This document shows, piece by piece, positions 1 through 9,750 of a stretch of DNA of 64,000 nt. Under the pieces are notes generated by a model. That model did no database searches and was not told the DNA's origin. It was given only the letters and a program-made list of their open reading frames with translations. Each line of letters starts with the position of its first letter. Within the stretch, counting starts at the first letter, position 1. This DNA comes from an uncultured Dehalococcoidia bacterium (lineage in GTDB: Bacteria > Chloroflexota > Dehalococcoidia > DSTF01 > JACRBR01): NCBI GenBank assembly GCA_964487335.1, contig CAZAPT010000017.1, positions 2,710-66,709 of the forward strand. The letters are read 5' to 3'. Made by a program: the position numbers and the translations under genes.

Positions 1-1142
1 CGCGTGCCATCCGGGAAACGCGCGATCTGAATGACGATGTGGAGCGCGGACTGCATCTGGTCGCGAATGGCCTTCACCGGCAGTTCGAAGCCGGCCATCA
101 TGACCATGTTCTCGATACGGGAAAGGGCGTCCCGAGTCGTGTTGGCGTGGACGGTGCCCAGGGAGCCCTCGTGACCGGTGTTCATGGCCTGGAGCATGTC
201 GAACGCTTCCGGGCCGCGGACCTCACCGACGATGATGCGGTCCGGGCGCATGCGTAGTGAGTTGCGGACGAGGTCACGCTGGGTGACTTCCCCGCGGCCT
301 TCGAGCGATGCAGGTCGCGCTTCGAGCGTTACGACGTGACCCTGCTGGAGCTGGAGCTCGGTTGGGTCCTCGATGGTGACGATGCGCTCGGTGTCCGGGA
401 TGAACGACGACAACGCGTTGAGCATAGTCGTCTTACCGGAGCCCGTACCGCCGGAGATGAGGATGTTCAGACGGGCCTGGACGCAGGCGCGGAAGAACTC
501 CGCGAGTTCGTTTGTGAGCGAGCCGGTGGCGATGAGGTCATTCATCGTCATCTTGTCGGTGCGGAACTTCCGGATAGTGATCGTCGGGCTCTTAGGCGCG
601 ACGGGCGGGATGATGACGTTAACACGCGAGCCGTCGGGCAGACGCGCGTCGACCATCGGCGAGGACTCATCGACGCGGCGACCCAGCGGAGCGACGATGC
701 GCTCGACAATACGCATGATGTGGTTGTCATCGCGGAAGCGCACCGAGCTGAGGTACAACCGGCCTTCCTTCTCATAGAAGACCGTGTCCGGAGCATTCAC
801 CATCACTTCAGAGATGGAGGCGTCGCGGAGGAGCGGCTCGAGCGGTCCGAAGCCGAGGACTTCGTCGGCGACGGCGGAGACGAGCTCATCGCGGGTGGTG
901 CCGACGATGCCGGGCATCTCCTGGGCGATAAGCGTGCGCGCCGCCTGCTCGACGGCCTCGCGAGCCTTCTCCTTGCCGAGACCTTCGAGCTTGTTCGGGT
1001 CGAGCTCCTCGATGAGGCGCTGGTGGAGAGTGAACTTCAGCTCATTGAGGGCGACGACGTTCTGCGAGAGGCTGTTCGGCCGCTGATAGGTACCGCCGGT
1101 GCCCGGCTGCATCTTCCGTGATTGCCACTGGAACTGGCCCAT
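1..1142 (-). CDS. cpaF: Tad/Flp pilus assembly ATPase CpaF/TadA (3' end truncated by window edge)
   Basis: Reverse-complement translation from the ATG at 1142..1140 (preceded by GGAGGAGAG) reads through to position 1 with no stop. It contains Walker [12 protein letters not shown], Asp box, Walker [10 protein letters not shown] and His box [12 protein letters not shown], typical of VirB11/CpaF secretion ATPases. Absent from the ORF track only because it has no stop inside the window. Confidence 0.9.
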   Translation of the reverse strand, partial: MGQFQWQSRKMQPGTGGTYQRPNSLSQNVVALNELKFTLHQRLIEELDPNKLEGLGKEKAREAVEQAARTLIAQEMPGIVGTTRDELVSAVADEVLGFGPLEPLLRDASISEVMVNAPDTVFYEKEGRLYLSSVRFRDDNHIMRIVERIVAPLGRRVDESSPMVDARLPDGSRVNVIIPPVAPKSPTITIRKFRTDKMTMNDLIATGSLTNELAEFFRACVQARLNILISGGTGSGKTTMLNALSSFIPDTERIVTIEDPTELQLQQGHVVTLEARPASLEGRGEVTQRDLVRNSLRMRPDRIIVGEVRGPEAFDMLQAMNTGHEGSLGTVHANTTRDALSRIENMVMMAGFELPVKAIRDQMQSALHIVIQIARFPDGT

Positions 1143-1164
1143 AACTACTCTCCTCCGGCGGGTA

Positions 1165-2358
1165 TCAGGCTGACCTGCCCAGGAAGCGGTCGAGGAAGCC
1201 ACGCTTCTCCTGCCGCGTCCCGGTCAACGTGTGCGCGAGGTCGATAATGGCCCTCGAGACGCGCGCATACGGCTTCGCTATCACAATCGGCTGCCCGAGC
1301 TGCGTGCTGCTGGAGACCGCCAGATCGTGCGGAATCTGCCAGAACACGTCGTACTCGAGGACCCGGGACACGTCTTCCTCTCGGAGGCTGTTGGCTGCGG
1401 TCGAGTGGTTGATGGTGAGCTTGACCTTGTCCTCGGAGACGCTGGCGGCGCGGAGCATTTCGAGCGCCAGGGCGGTGTCCTTGATGCTGGCGATGTCCAT
1501 GCTCGTGACGAGCAGGATCAGGTTCGCCAGTTCGAGGGTGGTCGCGATCAACTCATTGAACGTGCCAGGGGTATCCACAACGACGTAGTCGTGTGTCTGC
1601 GCGAGCAGCTCGACGATCTTCTCGATGTGCTGCGGCGTGAGGTTGCGCCACTCGGTCGGGTGCAACGGCGCGGGCAGGATCGAGACGCCGCTGTGGTGCT
1701 TGACCAGGTAGTCGCGGATCTTGTCGCGATCGAGCTCATCGATGCGGCGCGCGACGTCGGCGATGCTCGCCTCGACGGCGACGTCCATCATGATAGCGAC
1801 GTCACCGAACCGGGTGTCCATGTCGAGCAGGCAGACGTTCGCGCCAGTCATCTTCGCAAGCGATGTCGCGAGGTTGGTCGAGATGGTCGTCTTGCCGATG
1901 CCGCCCTTGGCACCGAAGACGGTGATGATGGTGCCGCGGGCGGCCGCTTCGGCGGTCTGCCCATCGGCGCGCATGCGCTTGCGCTCTTCCTGTTCGAGGA
2001 CGCCGTAGACGGCGCGGCTCAGGTCTTCGGGCTTCAGCGGCTTGATGATGTAGTCGCGGGCGCCCGCGACCATGGCGCGGCGAACCGAGCCTGCGTCGGC
2101 GAGCGACGAGTAGACGATCGTGGGCGCGCCCGGGACGGCGTCGGCGAGGGATGCAATGGTCTGCAGGGCGAGCGCGACCGGCTCCTCGAATGAGACGAGG
2201 AAGACGTCGGGCGAGTTCTCCTTCGCGACGGTGACGGCCTCGACGCCGTAGCCGGCTTCGCCGACGACCGAGAAGTGTGCGAGCTGCGCGGCGCGCTTCG
2301 TCTCGGCCCGGCTGCCCAGGTCCGGGTCGATGGTGACGATCTCAGGATTTCGGGCCAT
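1165..2358 (-). CDS. cpaE: Tad pilus assembly protein CpaE/TadZ (atypical receiver domain + MinD/ParA-like ATPase)
   Basis: 397 aa. N-terminal receiver-like domain, then deviant Walker A GAKGGIGKTT of the ParA/MinD family. Sits 22 nt upstream of cpaF on the same strand. RBS GTAGGAG before the ATG. Confidence 0.85.
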   Translation of the reverse strand: MARNPEIVTIDPDLGSRAETKRAAQLAHFSVVGEAGYGVEAVTVAKENSPDVFLVSFEEPVALALQTIASLADAVPGAPTIVYSSLADAGSVRRAMVAGARDYIIKPLKPEDLSRAVYGVLEQEERKRMRADGQTAEAAARGTIITVFGAKGGIGKTTISTNLATSLAKMTGANVCLLDMDTRFGDVAIMMDVAVEASIADVARRIDELDRDKIRDYLVKHHSGVSILPAPLHPTEWRNLTPQHIEKIVELLAQTHDYVVVDTPGTFNELIATTLELANLILLVTSMDIASIKDTALALEMLRAASVSEDKVKLTINHSTAANSLREEDVSRVLEYDVFWQIPHDLAVSSSTQLGQPIVIAKPYARVSRAIIDLAHTLTGTRQEKRGFLDRFLGRSA

Positions 2359-2429
2359 CCGCTCGGTCTCCTACGCCCTTACCTCTGTTGCTACCTGCGT
2401 CCCGCTAGCGCCGTCTCGTTTCGGCCGCG

Positions 2430-3341
2430 CTACTGGCCGTTCTTCGTCGTGAAGTTGTCGATGATGAACTTCATGAGGTCGGGCGGAATAAGGCCCGGCG
2501 TCAGGAACTGGGTGTCATTCGGCGACGGCACGCTGGCCGAGTCGCCAGGGTTGCGCAGCGATGCGCGAAGCTCACCGGTGTTCTCGCCGAGGATCAGGAC
2601 ATCGGCCTGCTCGGGAGTGACCAGCAACGTGATGGTCGTGGCGTCCGGCGTCTTTTTCGCCGCGTCCGCGGCGACCGGATTGTTCGTGGTGTCCGCCGGG
2701 TTGCCGCCGGCGTTCGCCGAGCCGACCGGACCGGACGACACGATCTCCTGCTGGACCGCGGCTACCTGCACGTTCTGCACGATCGGCCGAGCGAAGAAGA
2801 CACCGCTGGTCTTGAAGGACTGTCCGTTGGTGCCCTGCGCCTCGAGGCCGCCGGGGCAGCACACCCAGACAACGTCCACGTAGTCGCCCGGGAGGAGGAG
2901 ACCGCCGGCGGTCAGCACCTGGGTCGCCTTGATGGAGAAGCCGCGGCGCGCGTTCGGCACCACCGGGGCAAGCGCGTCTGCGGTCGGCCTGGTGGTGTCG
3001 ACGATGGCGCTGCTCAGCACCTGCTGGTTCGCCTCGATCGGGAACTTGGTGACCTTACCGATCACGTCATCGATCGTAGTGAACGCTCCGGCGCTGACGG
3101 CGTCCTGGCCGATGGACTTCACGTCGAGCATGTCGGCAGTGATGATCGTGCGCTGCTTGATCGCGGTCTTGGCGACGACCACAGCCTGACTGCCGCCGGA
3201 GCTCGAGCTGGAACTGCCCGAGCGTCGCGAGGACAGCCCGGCGTAGATCAGCGTCGCGCTGAGCGTCGCCAGGAGCACCGCGACGACGAGGAACTTCCGG
3301 TTCAACCTGCCGGGCGCTGCACCTGCAACTGATCGTGCCAT
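2430..3341 (-). CDS. cpaB: Flp pilus assembly protein CpaB/RcpC (SAF-domain)
   Basis: 303 aa. N-terminal TM anchor, Ser/Gly-rich linker, CpaB-like SAF / beta-clip domain. Position immediately upstream of cpaE. Confidence 0.8.
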   Translation of the reverse strand: MARSVAGAAPGRLNRKFLVVAVLLATLSATLIYAGLSSRRSGSSSSSSGGSQAVVVAKTAIKQRTIITADMLDVKSIGQDAVSAGAFTTIDDVIGKVTKFPIEANQQVLSSAIVDTTRPTADALAPVVPNARRGFSIKATQVLTAGGLLLPGDYVDVVWVCCPGGLEAQGTNGQSFKTSGVFFARPIVQNVQVAAVQQEIVSSGPVGSANAGGNPADTTNNPVAADAAKKTPDATTITLLVTPEQADVLILGENTGELRASLRNPGDSASVPSPNDTQFLTPGLIPPDLMKFIIDNFTTKNGQ

Positions 3342-3486
3342 GGCTCTTCTCCAATGCTCTGAATAGGCCTTCCGGCCCCATTGCGCTGTATAGGTATCGG
3401 CGAAGGCCCGAAGCGCTTTACCGGCGGGCCAACGGCCGGTTCACTAAGGTAGGCGGCGAGTTCCCCTTATCTCGCCCGACGCCGGC

Positions 3487-4062
3487 TCACGAGGCCTGGT
3501 CCAGCAGCTTCATCTGCTTGCGGAGGGCGTTGAGGGCGCGGTGCTGGATCACGCGCACCGCAGCGACGCTCTTCCCGATGATCTCGGCGACCTCCCGGTA
3601 CTCGAGGTCCTCGATGAAGCGGAGGATGATGACCTGCCGCTGTTCGTCACGTAGCCTGGTGATTGCTTCGCGCACCATCTCCTCCTCGACGGTCTGCTGG
3701 AGCGACGATTCCGGATCCTGCCGGGGCTTCTCGTCGACGATGCCGTCGTGCAACTGAGTGGACTCGCGCCTGGAGCGCAGATAGCTGACGCCCAGGTTGT
3801 GGGCGATGCGCAACAGCCACGAGACGAACGGCGCGCCGCGCACCTGGTAACGGTCGATAGCCTCCCAGGCACGCAGGAACGCCTGTGACGTGAGGTCCTC
3901 CGCCTCAGGGGCGCTTCCGACCATGTAGTAGATGTGGCGGTAAACACGGACGACGTGCCGCTCGTAGAGCTCGGCGAAGGCGTCCTCGTCGCGAGCGATG
4001 GCGCGCAGGACGAGAGCGGTATCGTCGTTGGCGCGCGAGACGGCGGTGTTGACGCTGACCAT
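3487..4062 (-). CDS. ECF-type RNA polymerase sigma factor (sigma-70 regions 2 and 4)
   Basis: 191 aa. Region 2 (LTSQAFLRAWEAIDRY) and region 4 HTH (EYREVAEIIGKSVAAVRVIQHRALNALRK). No anti-sigma gene follows it. Confidence 0.85.
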   Translation of the reverse strand: MVSVNTAVSRANDDTALVLRAIARDEDAFAELYERHVVRVYRHIYYMVGSAPEAEDLTSQAFLRAWEAIDRYQVRGAPFVSWLLRIAHNLGVSYLRSRRESTQLHDGIVDEKPRQDPESSLQQTVEEEMVREAITRLRDEQRQVIILRFIEDLEYREVAEIIGKSVAAVRVIQHRALNALRKQMKLLDQAS

Positions 4063-4314
4063 GCCCGGCGCTCCAATCGGCGCTTGAACGCTGGAACAAG
4101 ACCCCGCACCTGTCCGAACGGGCGGGAGTCCTACATCCGAATTAGAATCGGCAGCCGTCAGGGATCGCTTAAGGGCAATCGATGTATGGCCGGGTACGGA
4201 CTGACGCTGTCCACCGGGGCCGTCAAGGAAGTCGCTATGACGCGACTGGCGGTCCAGTGTTGGCGCAGCGGCGCAGGTCTATCGGAGCGCGGGCGCGCGC
4301 CGACCACATAGTGG

Positions 4315-5721
4315 ATGACTACTCTCAATGCGATCTATCGATGGCGGCGTACCACCGCCGCGGCTGCCGCCGTCTCGGTGATGGCGATTGGCGCTTTGAG
4401 CGCCGGCTGTGCGGCGGGCACGACGGCTCCTTCCGTGCAGGTGAAGCGGTCGGCGACACCGACGCGGGAGGCAACGCCCACGCCGCTCCCTGGAGGCTTC
4501 GACCTGCTTCGCGAGGGCGGGCTGGGCGTGATTGAGGTTGCGTACAACCGCATCGTGGACGAGCACGTGGCGCCCGTGGACGAGGCGGCTCTGCTGTCGG
4601 CCGCATGGGACGGCGTGCGGACCGCGGCGCGGAAGGGCGAGATGGCGGAGCCCCAGGCGCCGCAGTTCACGGGGGACCGCGCGAGCGACATCGAGCGGTT
4701 CCGCGCGGCGTGGCGCGCGTTGCCAGAGGAACTGGAGTACTTCCCGGGCACGCGCTGGACGGCGATTTCGTCGATGGCGAAGAGCCTGAATGACTGTCAC
4801 ACGTACTTCATGGGGCCATCGCTCAACGATCCCACCGGCGGGCAGGACCGGACGTTGAGCGGTTATGGCATGACGATGATGGGAAGGCCAGCGGTGGTGA
4901 CCGACATCGAGAAGGAGCCGTGGAGTCCGGCTGCGGTCTCTGGGATCCAGCCGGGGGACACGATTCTGAGCATCGACTTTGAGGATGCGACTCACATGGC
5001 GCCGCTCGATGTGCTGATCGCGCTGGACGGGCACGAAGAAGGGTCGAGCGTGAATATCCGCGTGCAGAGGCCGGGAGCAGCAGAGCCCATCACGGAGACG
5101 CTCGCACTGTCGCCATACGAGCCGAAGAACGTGCTGACGAAGGTCCTCGACGGCAACATCGGCTACCTGCGTGTGCACGAGTGGTCGACTCCGCGTCTCG
5201 CGCGGCAGATCGCGGACGCACTCGCGAAGTTCGACAAGGCCAAGGTGACCAGGTGGGTCATCGACCTGCGTGGCAACCCCGGCGGGATCGTCAGCCCGGA
5301 CGTGATCAGCCTGTTCGTCACCGAGGGCGTGGCGATGAGGACGCGGGGGCGTGACGGCATTGTCCATGATGAGCCGGCGAGCGGTGCGACGCTGGCGTCG
5401 CTCAAACCACTCGACGTGCTCGTGGACGATGGAAGCGCTTCGATGTCGGAGGCATTTGCGCTGGCGCTGCAGGAGCACCATGCGGCGCACATCGTCGGCG
5501 CGAAGACCTACGGGTGCATCGGCGAGACCTACGTGGACGGAATCGGCGATGGATCCGGACTTGCGGTAACGCGCGCGCTGGTGCTCGGGCCGGTCACCGG
5601 CGCTGAGCTGAACGGGATCGGCGTGACGCCGGACGAGGTAGTCCCGCGGACCGTCGATGACATCGTGGCAGGCCGCGATCCCCAGTTGGATGCCGCGATC
5701 GCGCATTTGAAGAGTGAGTAA
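4315..5721 (+). CDS. S41-family C-terminal processing peptidase, lipoprotein
   Basis: 468 aa. Lipobox LSAGC. S41 motifs IDLRGNPGG, catalytic SASMSE Ser and downstream Lys (VGAKTYG). PDZ-like segment. Confidence 0.8.
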   Translation: MTTLNAIYRWRRTTAAAAAVSVMAIGALSAGCAAGTTAPSVQVKRSATPTREATPTPLPGGFDLLREGGLGVIEVAYNRIVDEHVAPVDEAALLSAAWDGVRTAARKGEMAEPQAPQFTGDRASDIERFRAAWRALPEELEYFPGTRWTAISSMAKSLNDCHTYFMGPSLNDPTGGQDRTLSGYGMTMMGRPAVVTDIEKEPWSPAAVSGIQPGDTILSIDFEDATHMAPLDVLIALDGHEEGSSVNIRVQRPGAAEPITETLALSPYEPKNVLTKVLDGNIGYLRVHEWSTPRLARQIADALAKFDKAKVTRWVIDLRGNPGGIVSPDVISLFVTEGVAMRTRGRDGIVHDEPASGATLASLKPLDVLVDDGSASMSEAFALALQEHHAAHIVGAKTYGCIGETYVDGIGDGSGLAVTRALVLGPVTGAELNGIGVTPDEVVPRTVDDIVAGRDPQLDAAIAHLKSE

Positions 5722-5754
5722 GTTCGCGGACTTGGCTTCGCGGCGTCGGGAGGC

Positions 5755-7674
5755 TTAACTCGCGCGCTCGGTCGGCGCGTCAGCGTCGTCCTTGATGCCC
5801 GGGTTCATCGAGTCACGGGGCATGAGATGCGCGAGGCGGGCCGGACTGCTCTCCGACGTGGCCTGTGCAAGTCCGTCGGCGGGAGTTTGTGCGAACCGCT
5901 GCAGCGAACCGGACACCGCGTCGGCTGCACCGGACGAGCCCGAAGGCTGCGGCGCAGGTGCGGGCAGCAGGCGGAACTCGAAGCTGTGAGCGCCGATCTC
6001 GAAGGTTTCACCGGGATCTATGATGGACCAACCGCCGACAGTGCCATCGGCCGCCACGTTGGTGAGCCGCGTGATCCTGTGGACCATCAGGCGCTCGTTG
6101 CGGACCCAGATGCGGGCTTCCTCGGCGCCCAGGTCCGGGTCGTCGACGCGCACAGCGCAGCGCGTGCCGGAGCCGATACTCACTGGGCGTCCGCCCACTT
6201 GATACTCGTGGCCGAGGTCCGAGCCAGCTCGGGAGATGAGAAGCCCAAGGGCTTCGCCGATGGTCTCGGCAGGGGCTGCGTCCTCTTCTTCAGGATCGAC
6301 AGGCGCGGCGGCGGCCTGGCGTTCGAGCGCGGCGCGCCACGCGAGCGCGCCCGCTGGTGGCGTCACGCGCGCGCCGCGGCGGCGACGCACCACGAGGAGC
6401 ACAACGGCGACCAGGGCGAGTCCCGCGAACGCACCGCCTGCGATCGGAAAGATCGGCGCGCCACCGCCTGACGCTGCGGCGGCCGAGGAGAAGTTGACTT
6501 CAGCGGTCGCGGGAAGTCCGCCGGTCTCGACCTGAACGGTGAGCCGGTGGTCGCCGGAACCGAACCGGCGGGGGTCGAACGAAAAGACGTACGGCTCTGT
6601 CTTTGTCTCAGCTGCAACGACGTCATCGATACGGAAAACGACGCGCGTGACGGTGCGAGCGGACTGTATGTTCGCAGTGATGTCGCGAGACGCGGAGAGA
6701 GCTTCGCCAGGAGCGATGCCTTCAATCGTGATGAGGGGCGCAGGCACCGCGCCGGGATTGTAGGACGCCGACGCCTGCGCGGACCGATCACCGGCGTGCA
6801 CAGTGACGGACACCTGCACTTCCGGCGCGGTCGCGGCGGAGCGGTCGAACGTGACGATGTACTGGCTCTCGAGCAGGCGCGCGATGCCGTCGTACAGGGC
6901 TTTCAGGTCCTGCGGGGCCGGCGCGGTTAGGAAGCGACCACCGCTGCGCTGCGCGATTGAGGTCAGGTAGTCGGCATCGATGTCGGTCCCTTCGGCGACG
7001 GCGAAGAACGGGACACCGGCGCTTGCGGCGGCATCGGCGGCACCCTGTCGCGTTATGTCACTTTTCGCGCCGAAGTCCGCGCCGTCGCTCAGCAGAATGA
7101 TGGCACGGCGGTTCGACGTCGAGGTGCCGGCTTTCAGAGCGGCAGCGACCGTAGCGGTATAGAGAGCGGTGTTCCCGTGTGCCTGGAGGCTATCAATCGC
7201 GGCTGCGGCGGCGGTGCGATCGGCGGTGTAATCCTGGACGAGCTCGACGCGATCATCGAAATGCATCACGGCGACGCGGTCAGCGGGTGAGAGCTGCGCG
7301 ACGAAGCCCTGGGCGGCGGCTTTGGCGGCAGCGATCGGCTCGCCGGCCATGCTGCCGCTAGTGTCCATAACGAACAGGACGTCGAGGGGTATGTTCTGGC
7401 TCGACGCGAGGCTGGCGTCCGTGACGGCGACCGGCTTCCCATCAATCGTGACTGTGAAGTCATCGCGTGTGAGGGGCGCCACAGTGGCGGAGTTGTCTTC
7501 GACATTGACGACGGCGCGGGCGTTGGGATACGCGCCATCTTCGACGCGCTGAACCTGAGCATGAAGCGTGGACTCCTGCGCATGCGTGTCCGTGTGGAAC
7601 ACCGCCGCACATGCGACCGCTACGAACAGCGCGAACAGCAGCGAATTAGGTCGGAACTTCATGATGGGGCGCAT
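5755..7674 (-). CDS. Transmembrane signalling protein: signal peptide, extracellular VWA (MIDAS DxSxS) and Ig-like domains, TM helix, cytoplasmic FHA domain
   Basis: 639 aa. Signal peptide. VWA with FVMDTSGSM ... LLSDGAD. Hydrophobic TM segment followed by RRRRG. C-terminal FHA (GR...S...H...N pattern). Confidence 0.75.
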   Translation of the reverse strand: MRPIMKFRPNSLLFALFVAVACAAVFHTDTHAQESTLHAQVQRVEDGAYPNARAVVNVEDNSATVAPLTRDDFTVTIDGKPVAVTDASLASSQNIPLDVLFVMDTSGSMAGEPIAAAKAAAQGFVAQLSPADRVAVMHFDDRVELVQDYTADRTAAAAAIDSLQAHGNTALYTATVAAALKAGTSTSNRRAIILLSDGADFGAKSDITRQGAADAAASAGVPFFAVAEGTDIDADYLTSIAQRSGGRFLTAPAPQDLKALYDGIARLLESQYIVTFDRSAATAPEVQVSVTVHAGDRSAQASASYNPGAVPAPLITIEGIAPGEALSASRDITANIQSARTVTRVVFRIDDVVAAETKTEPYVFSFDPRRFGSGDHRLTVQVETGGLPATAEVNFSSAAAASGGGAPIFPIAGGAFAGLALVAVVLLVVRRRRGARVTPPAGALAWRAALERQAAAAPVDPEEEDAAPAETIGEALGLLISRAGSDLGHEYQVGGRPVSIGSGTRCAVRVDDPDLGAEEARIWVRNERLMVHRITRLTNVAADGTVGGWSIIDPGETFEIGAHSFEFRLLPAPAPQPSGSSGAADAVSGSLQRFAQTPADGLAQATSESSPARLAHLMPRDSMNPGIKDDADAPTERAS

Positions 7675-8051
7675 CTGCAGGGATTAGCGACGTTCGTGGT
7701 GAGGTTTCGCAGGGGAGAGAACTCGTAAAATTTCACAGTGAGGCCTTGACTTCTCCCTACCGTGCGTGGGATGATCACCGCACTTCGAGGAGGCGTGGGC
7801 CAGCGTCTGGTGGAAACTCGAAGCGCGCCACACTGGTAGTATCGACATAGACGGAGCCGCGTTAAGCGGCGACACGCGAGCCGGGAAAGGATGCGAAGGC
7901 ACGCACGGCTGGCGTTTCCGCGCGCCTGCGGGCAGCGCGACCGCTCTTCCGCCGAGGCGGAAGACCTACCGAGGGGCCAAGGGCCCAGGGGACGCGCTTT
8001 CAGGAGGCGGGGCCTGGCTGGCGTCCCCTGGCCCCAACCCATTCAGCAGCA

Positions 8052-8076
8052 GCCGCCGCGATTGCGGCGGCTTTTT
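8052..8076 (+). terminator. Orphan rho-independent terminator (GCCGCCGC-GATT-GCGGCGGC + TTTTT)
   Basis: Perfect 8-bp GC stem, 4-nt loop, then 5 T. Lies in the 600-bp spacer between divergent genes; no annotated + strand gene upstream. Confidence 0.6.
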
Positions 8077-8293
8077 CGCGCCCGTTCGGGTTCAATGGGA
8101 CAGCGGTACCGAAAGCACTAACACCGACCGCCAGGTACCCGATCACTCGATCGGGCGCTCCAGCTTTCTCGCCACCTTACCGATATTCCAATCGAGGGCG
8201 TGGGGGCATGTCGTCTGTCCGCGCCCGCCGCACAGTTTCGCCGAGGCGACGGGGAGCCGCTTTGCTGGCTGTGGTGATGCAGGAGACATCCGG

Positions 8294-9658
8294 ATGACGA
8301 CCGAACAGGCACCGGGCATCCGCACGTCTTCGAACGGACGAACCGGCGACCACCTCGCGCAGCCGGGGGCGCCGTTCGTGCCGCAGCCGCAGACGGTCGA
8401 AGAGAGCGGACTCGACTTCTCGGTCATCCTGGACCTCGTGGTGAAGGCGATCTACTTCGGAGGGCGCCCGGCGGCGCGGCAAATCGCGTCGCAGCTGGCG
8501 CTCGGATTCCCGGTCGTCGACGAAGTGCTCACATTCCTGAAGCGAGAGCAGTATGCCGAGGTCGTCGGCAGCTCCGGGATGGGCGAACAGCTCTACCAGT
8601 ACTCGCTCTCGGCGAAGGGACTGGAGAAGGCAGACGAGGCGCTCGCCCGAAACCAGTACATCGGGCCCGCACCCGTGCCGTTCGAGACGTACGTCGAGGT
8701 GCTGAAGCGTCAATCCATCACGTCGATCCGAGTGACGCCAGACACGGTGAAGACTGCGATCTCCCACCTCGTGGTGGACGACCACATAGCGGAGGCGCTG
8801 GGGCCGGCGGTGAACTCAGGGCGATCAATGCTGCTGTACGGAGGATCGGGGAACGGGAAGAGCACGATCACCGGCGCGATTGGGCGCATGCTTCCGGGAG
8901 AGGTGCTCATCCCGTACGCGGTGGACCTGAACGGCGCCGTGATCAAGGTCTTCGATCCGCGCATCCACCAGGAGATCCCGTATGAGCAACAGCGGGAGCG
9001 ACACGCGGCGGAGTCGAACGGCACCGCAGCGGCAGCTGGAGACCGTCGGCGAGACCGGCGCTGGGTGGTGGCGCGGCGGCCGATGATCAGCGCGGGCGGC
9101 GAGCTCACGCTGAAGGAACTGGAGTTGCGGTACTCGCCGCAGTCGCAGTTCTACATCGCCCCACTGCAGTGGAAAGCGAACAGCGGAATCCTGGTGGTCG
9201 ACGACTTCGGACGACAAATGATACAGCCGAAGGAGCTGCTCAACCGCTGGATCGTCCCGATGGAGGAGCGCATCGACCACCTGTCGCTGCACTCAGGCGA
9301 CACGCTCGAAGTGCCGTTTGACGTGTTGCTGATCTTCTCGACGAACCTGCAGCCATCTGAGCTTGGTGACGAGGCGTTCTTCCGCCGGATCCGTCACAAG
9401 ATCAACATCCCTGACCCTTCGCGCGAGCAGTTCCTGGATATTTTGTCGCGAGTCTGTCAGCAGCGCGAGATTTTTCTCGACGGAGAGGCGGCGCGGTACC
9501 TGGTCTCCGAGTATTACGAGAACACCGGGCGCGGGTTCAAGGGATGCCATCCACGGGACATCGTGGACCTCGTGGCGGATATCTGCGCGTACAACGGCGA
9601 AGACCCGGCGTTCACGCGACAGCACCTAGACGCAGCGTGTCTGTCTTACTTCGTGTAG
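8294..9658 (+). CDS. AAA+ family ATPase of unknown function (DUF815/COG2607-like), N-terminal winged-helix-like domain
   Basis: 454 aa. Walker A LLYGGSGNGKST, Walker B ILVVDDFGRQ, sensor-1-like LLIFSTNLQP. RBS AGGAG before the ATG. Family assignment is from motif recall, not a search. Confidence 0.7.
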   Translation: MTTEQAPGIRTSSNGRTGDHLAQPGAPFVPQPQTVEESGLDFSVILDLVVKAIYFGGRPAARQIASQLALGFPVVDEVLTFLKREQYAEVVGSSGMGEQLYQYSLSAKGLEKADEALARNQYIGPAPVPFETYVEVLKRQSITSIRVTPDTVKTAISHLVVDDHIAEALGPAVNSGRSMLLYGGSGNGKSTITGAIGRMLPGEVLIPYAVDLNGAVIKVFDPRIHQEIPYEQQRERHAAESNGTAAAAGDRRRDRRWVVARRPMISAGGELTLKELELRYSPQSQFYIAPLQWKANSGILVVDDFGRQMIQPKELLNRWIVPMEERIDHLSLHSGDTLEVPFDVLLIFSTNLQPSELGDEAFFRRIRHKINIPDPSREQFLDILSRVCQQREIFLDGEAARYLVSEYYENTGRGFKGCHPRDIVDLVADICAYNGEDPAFTRQHLDAACLSYFV

Positions 9659-9750
9659 TCGCGGGAGGAACTCACGCGGCGCAGCCTTTCACGGATCGCA
9701 CATCTTAACGGTACGCGAGGCGTCATTCGCGTGGGACAATCTCGAACGGA

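Noticed and set aside
4279-5706. 475-aa minus-strand ORF antisense to the S41 peptidase gene
   Set aside because: Arg/Pro/His-rich low-complexity translation with no recognisable domain. The sense strand encodes a protein with clear S41 catalytic motifs. Typical high-GC antisense artefact.
7891-8121. 76-aa Arg-rich ORF with GGGAAAGG upstream in the divergent spacer
   Set aside because: A canonical intrinsic terminator (8052..8076) lies inside it, and its composition is that of non-coding GC-rich DNA. It is more likely part of an sRNA/leader than a protein.
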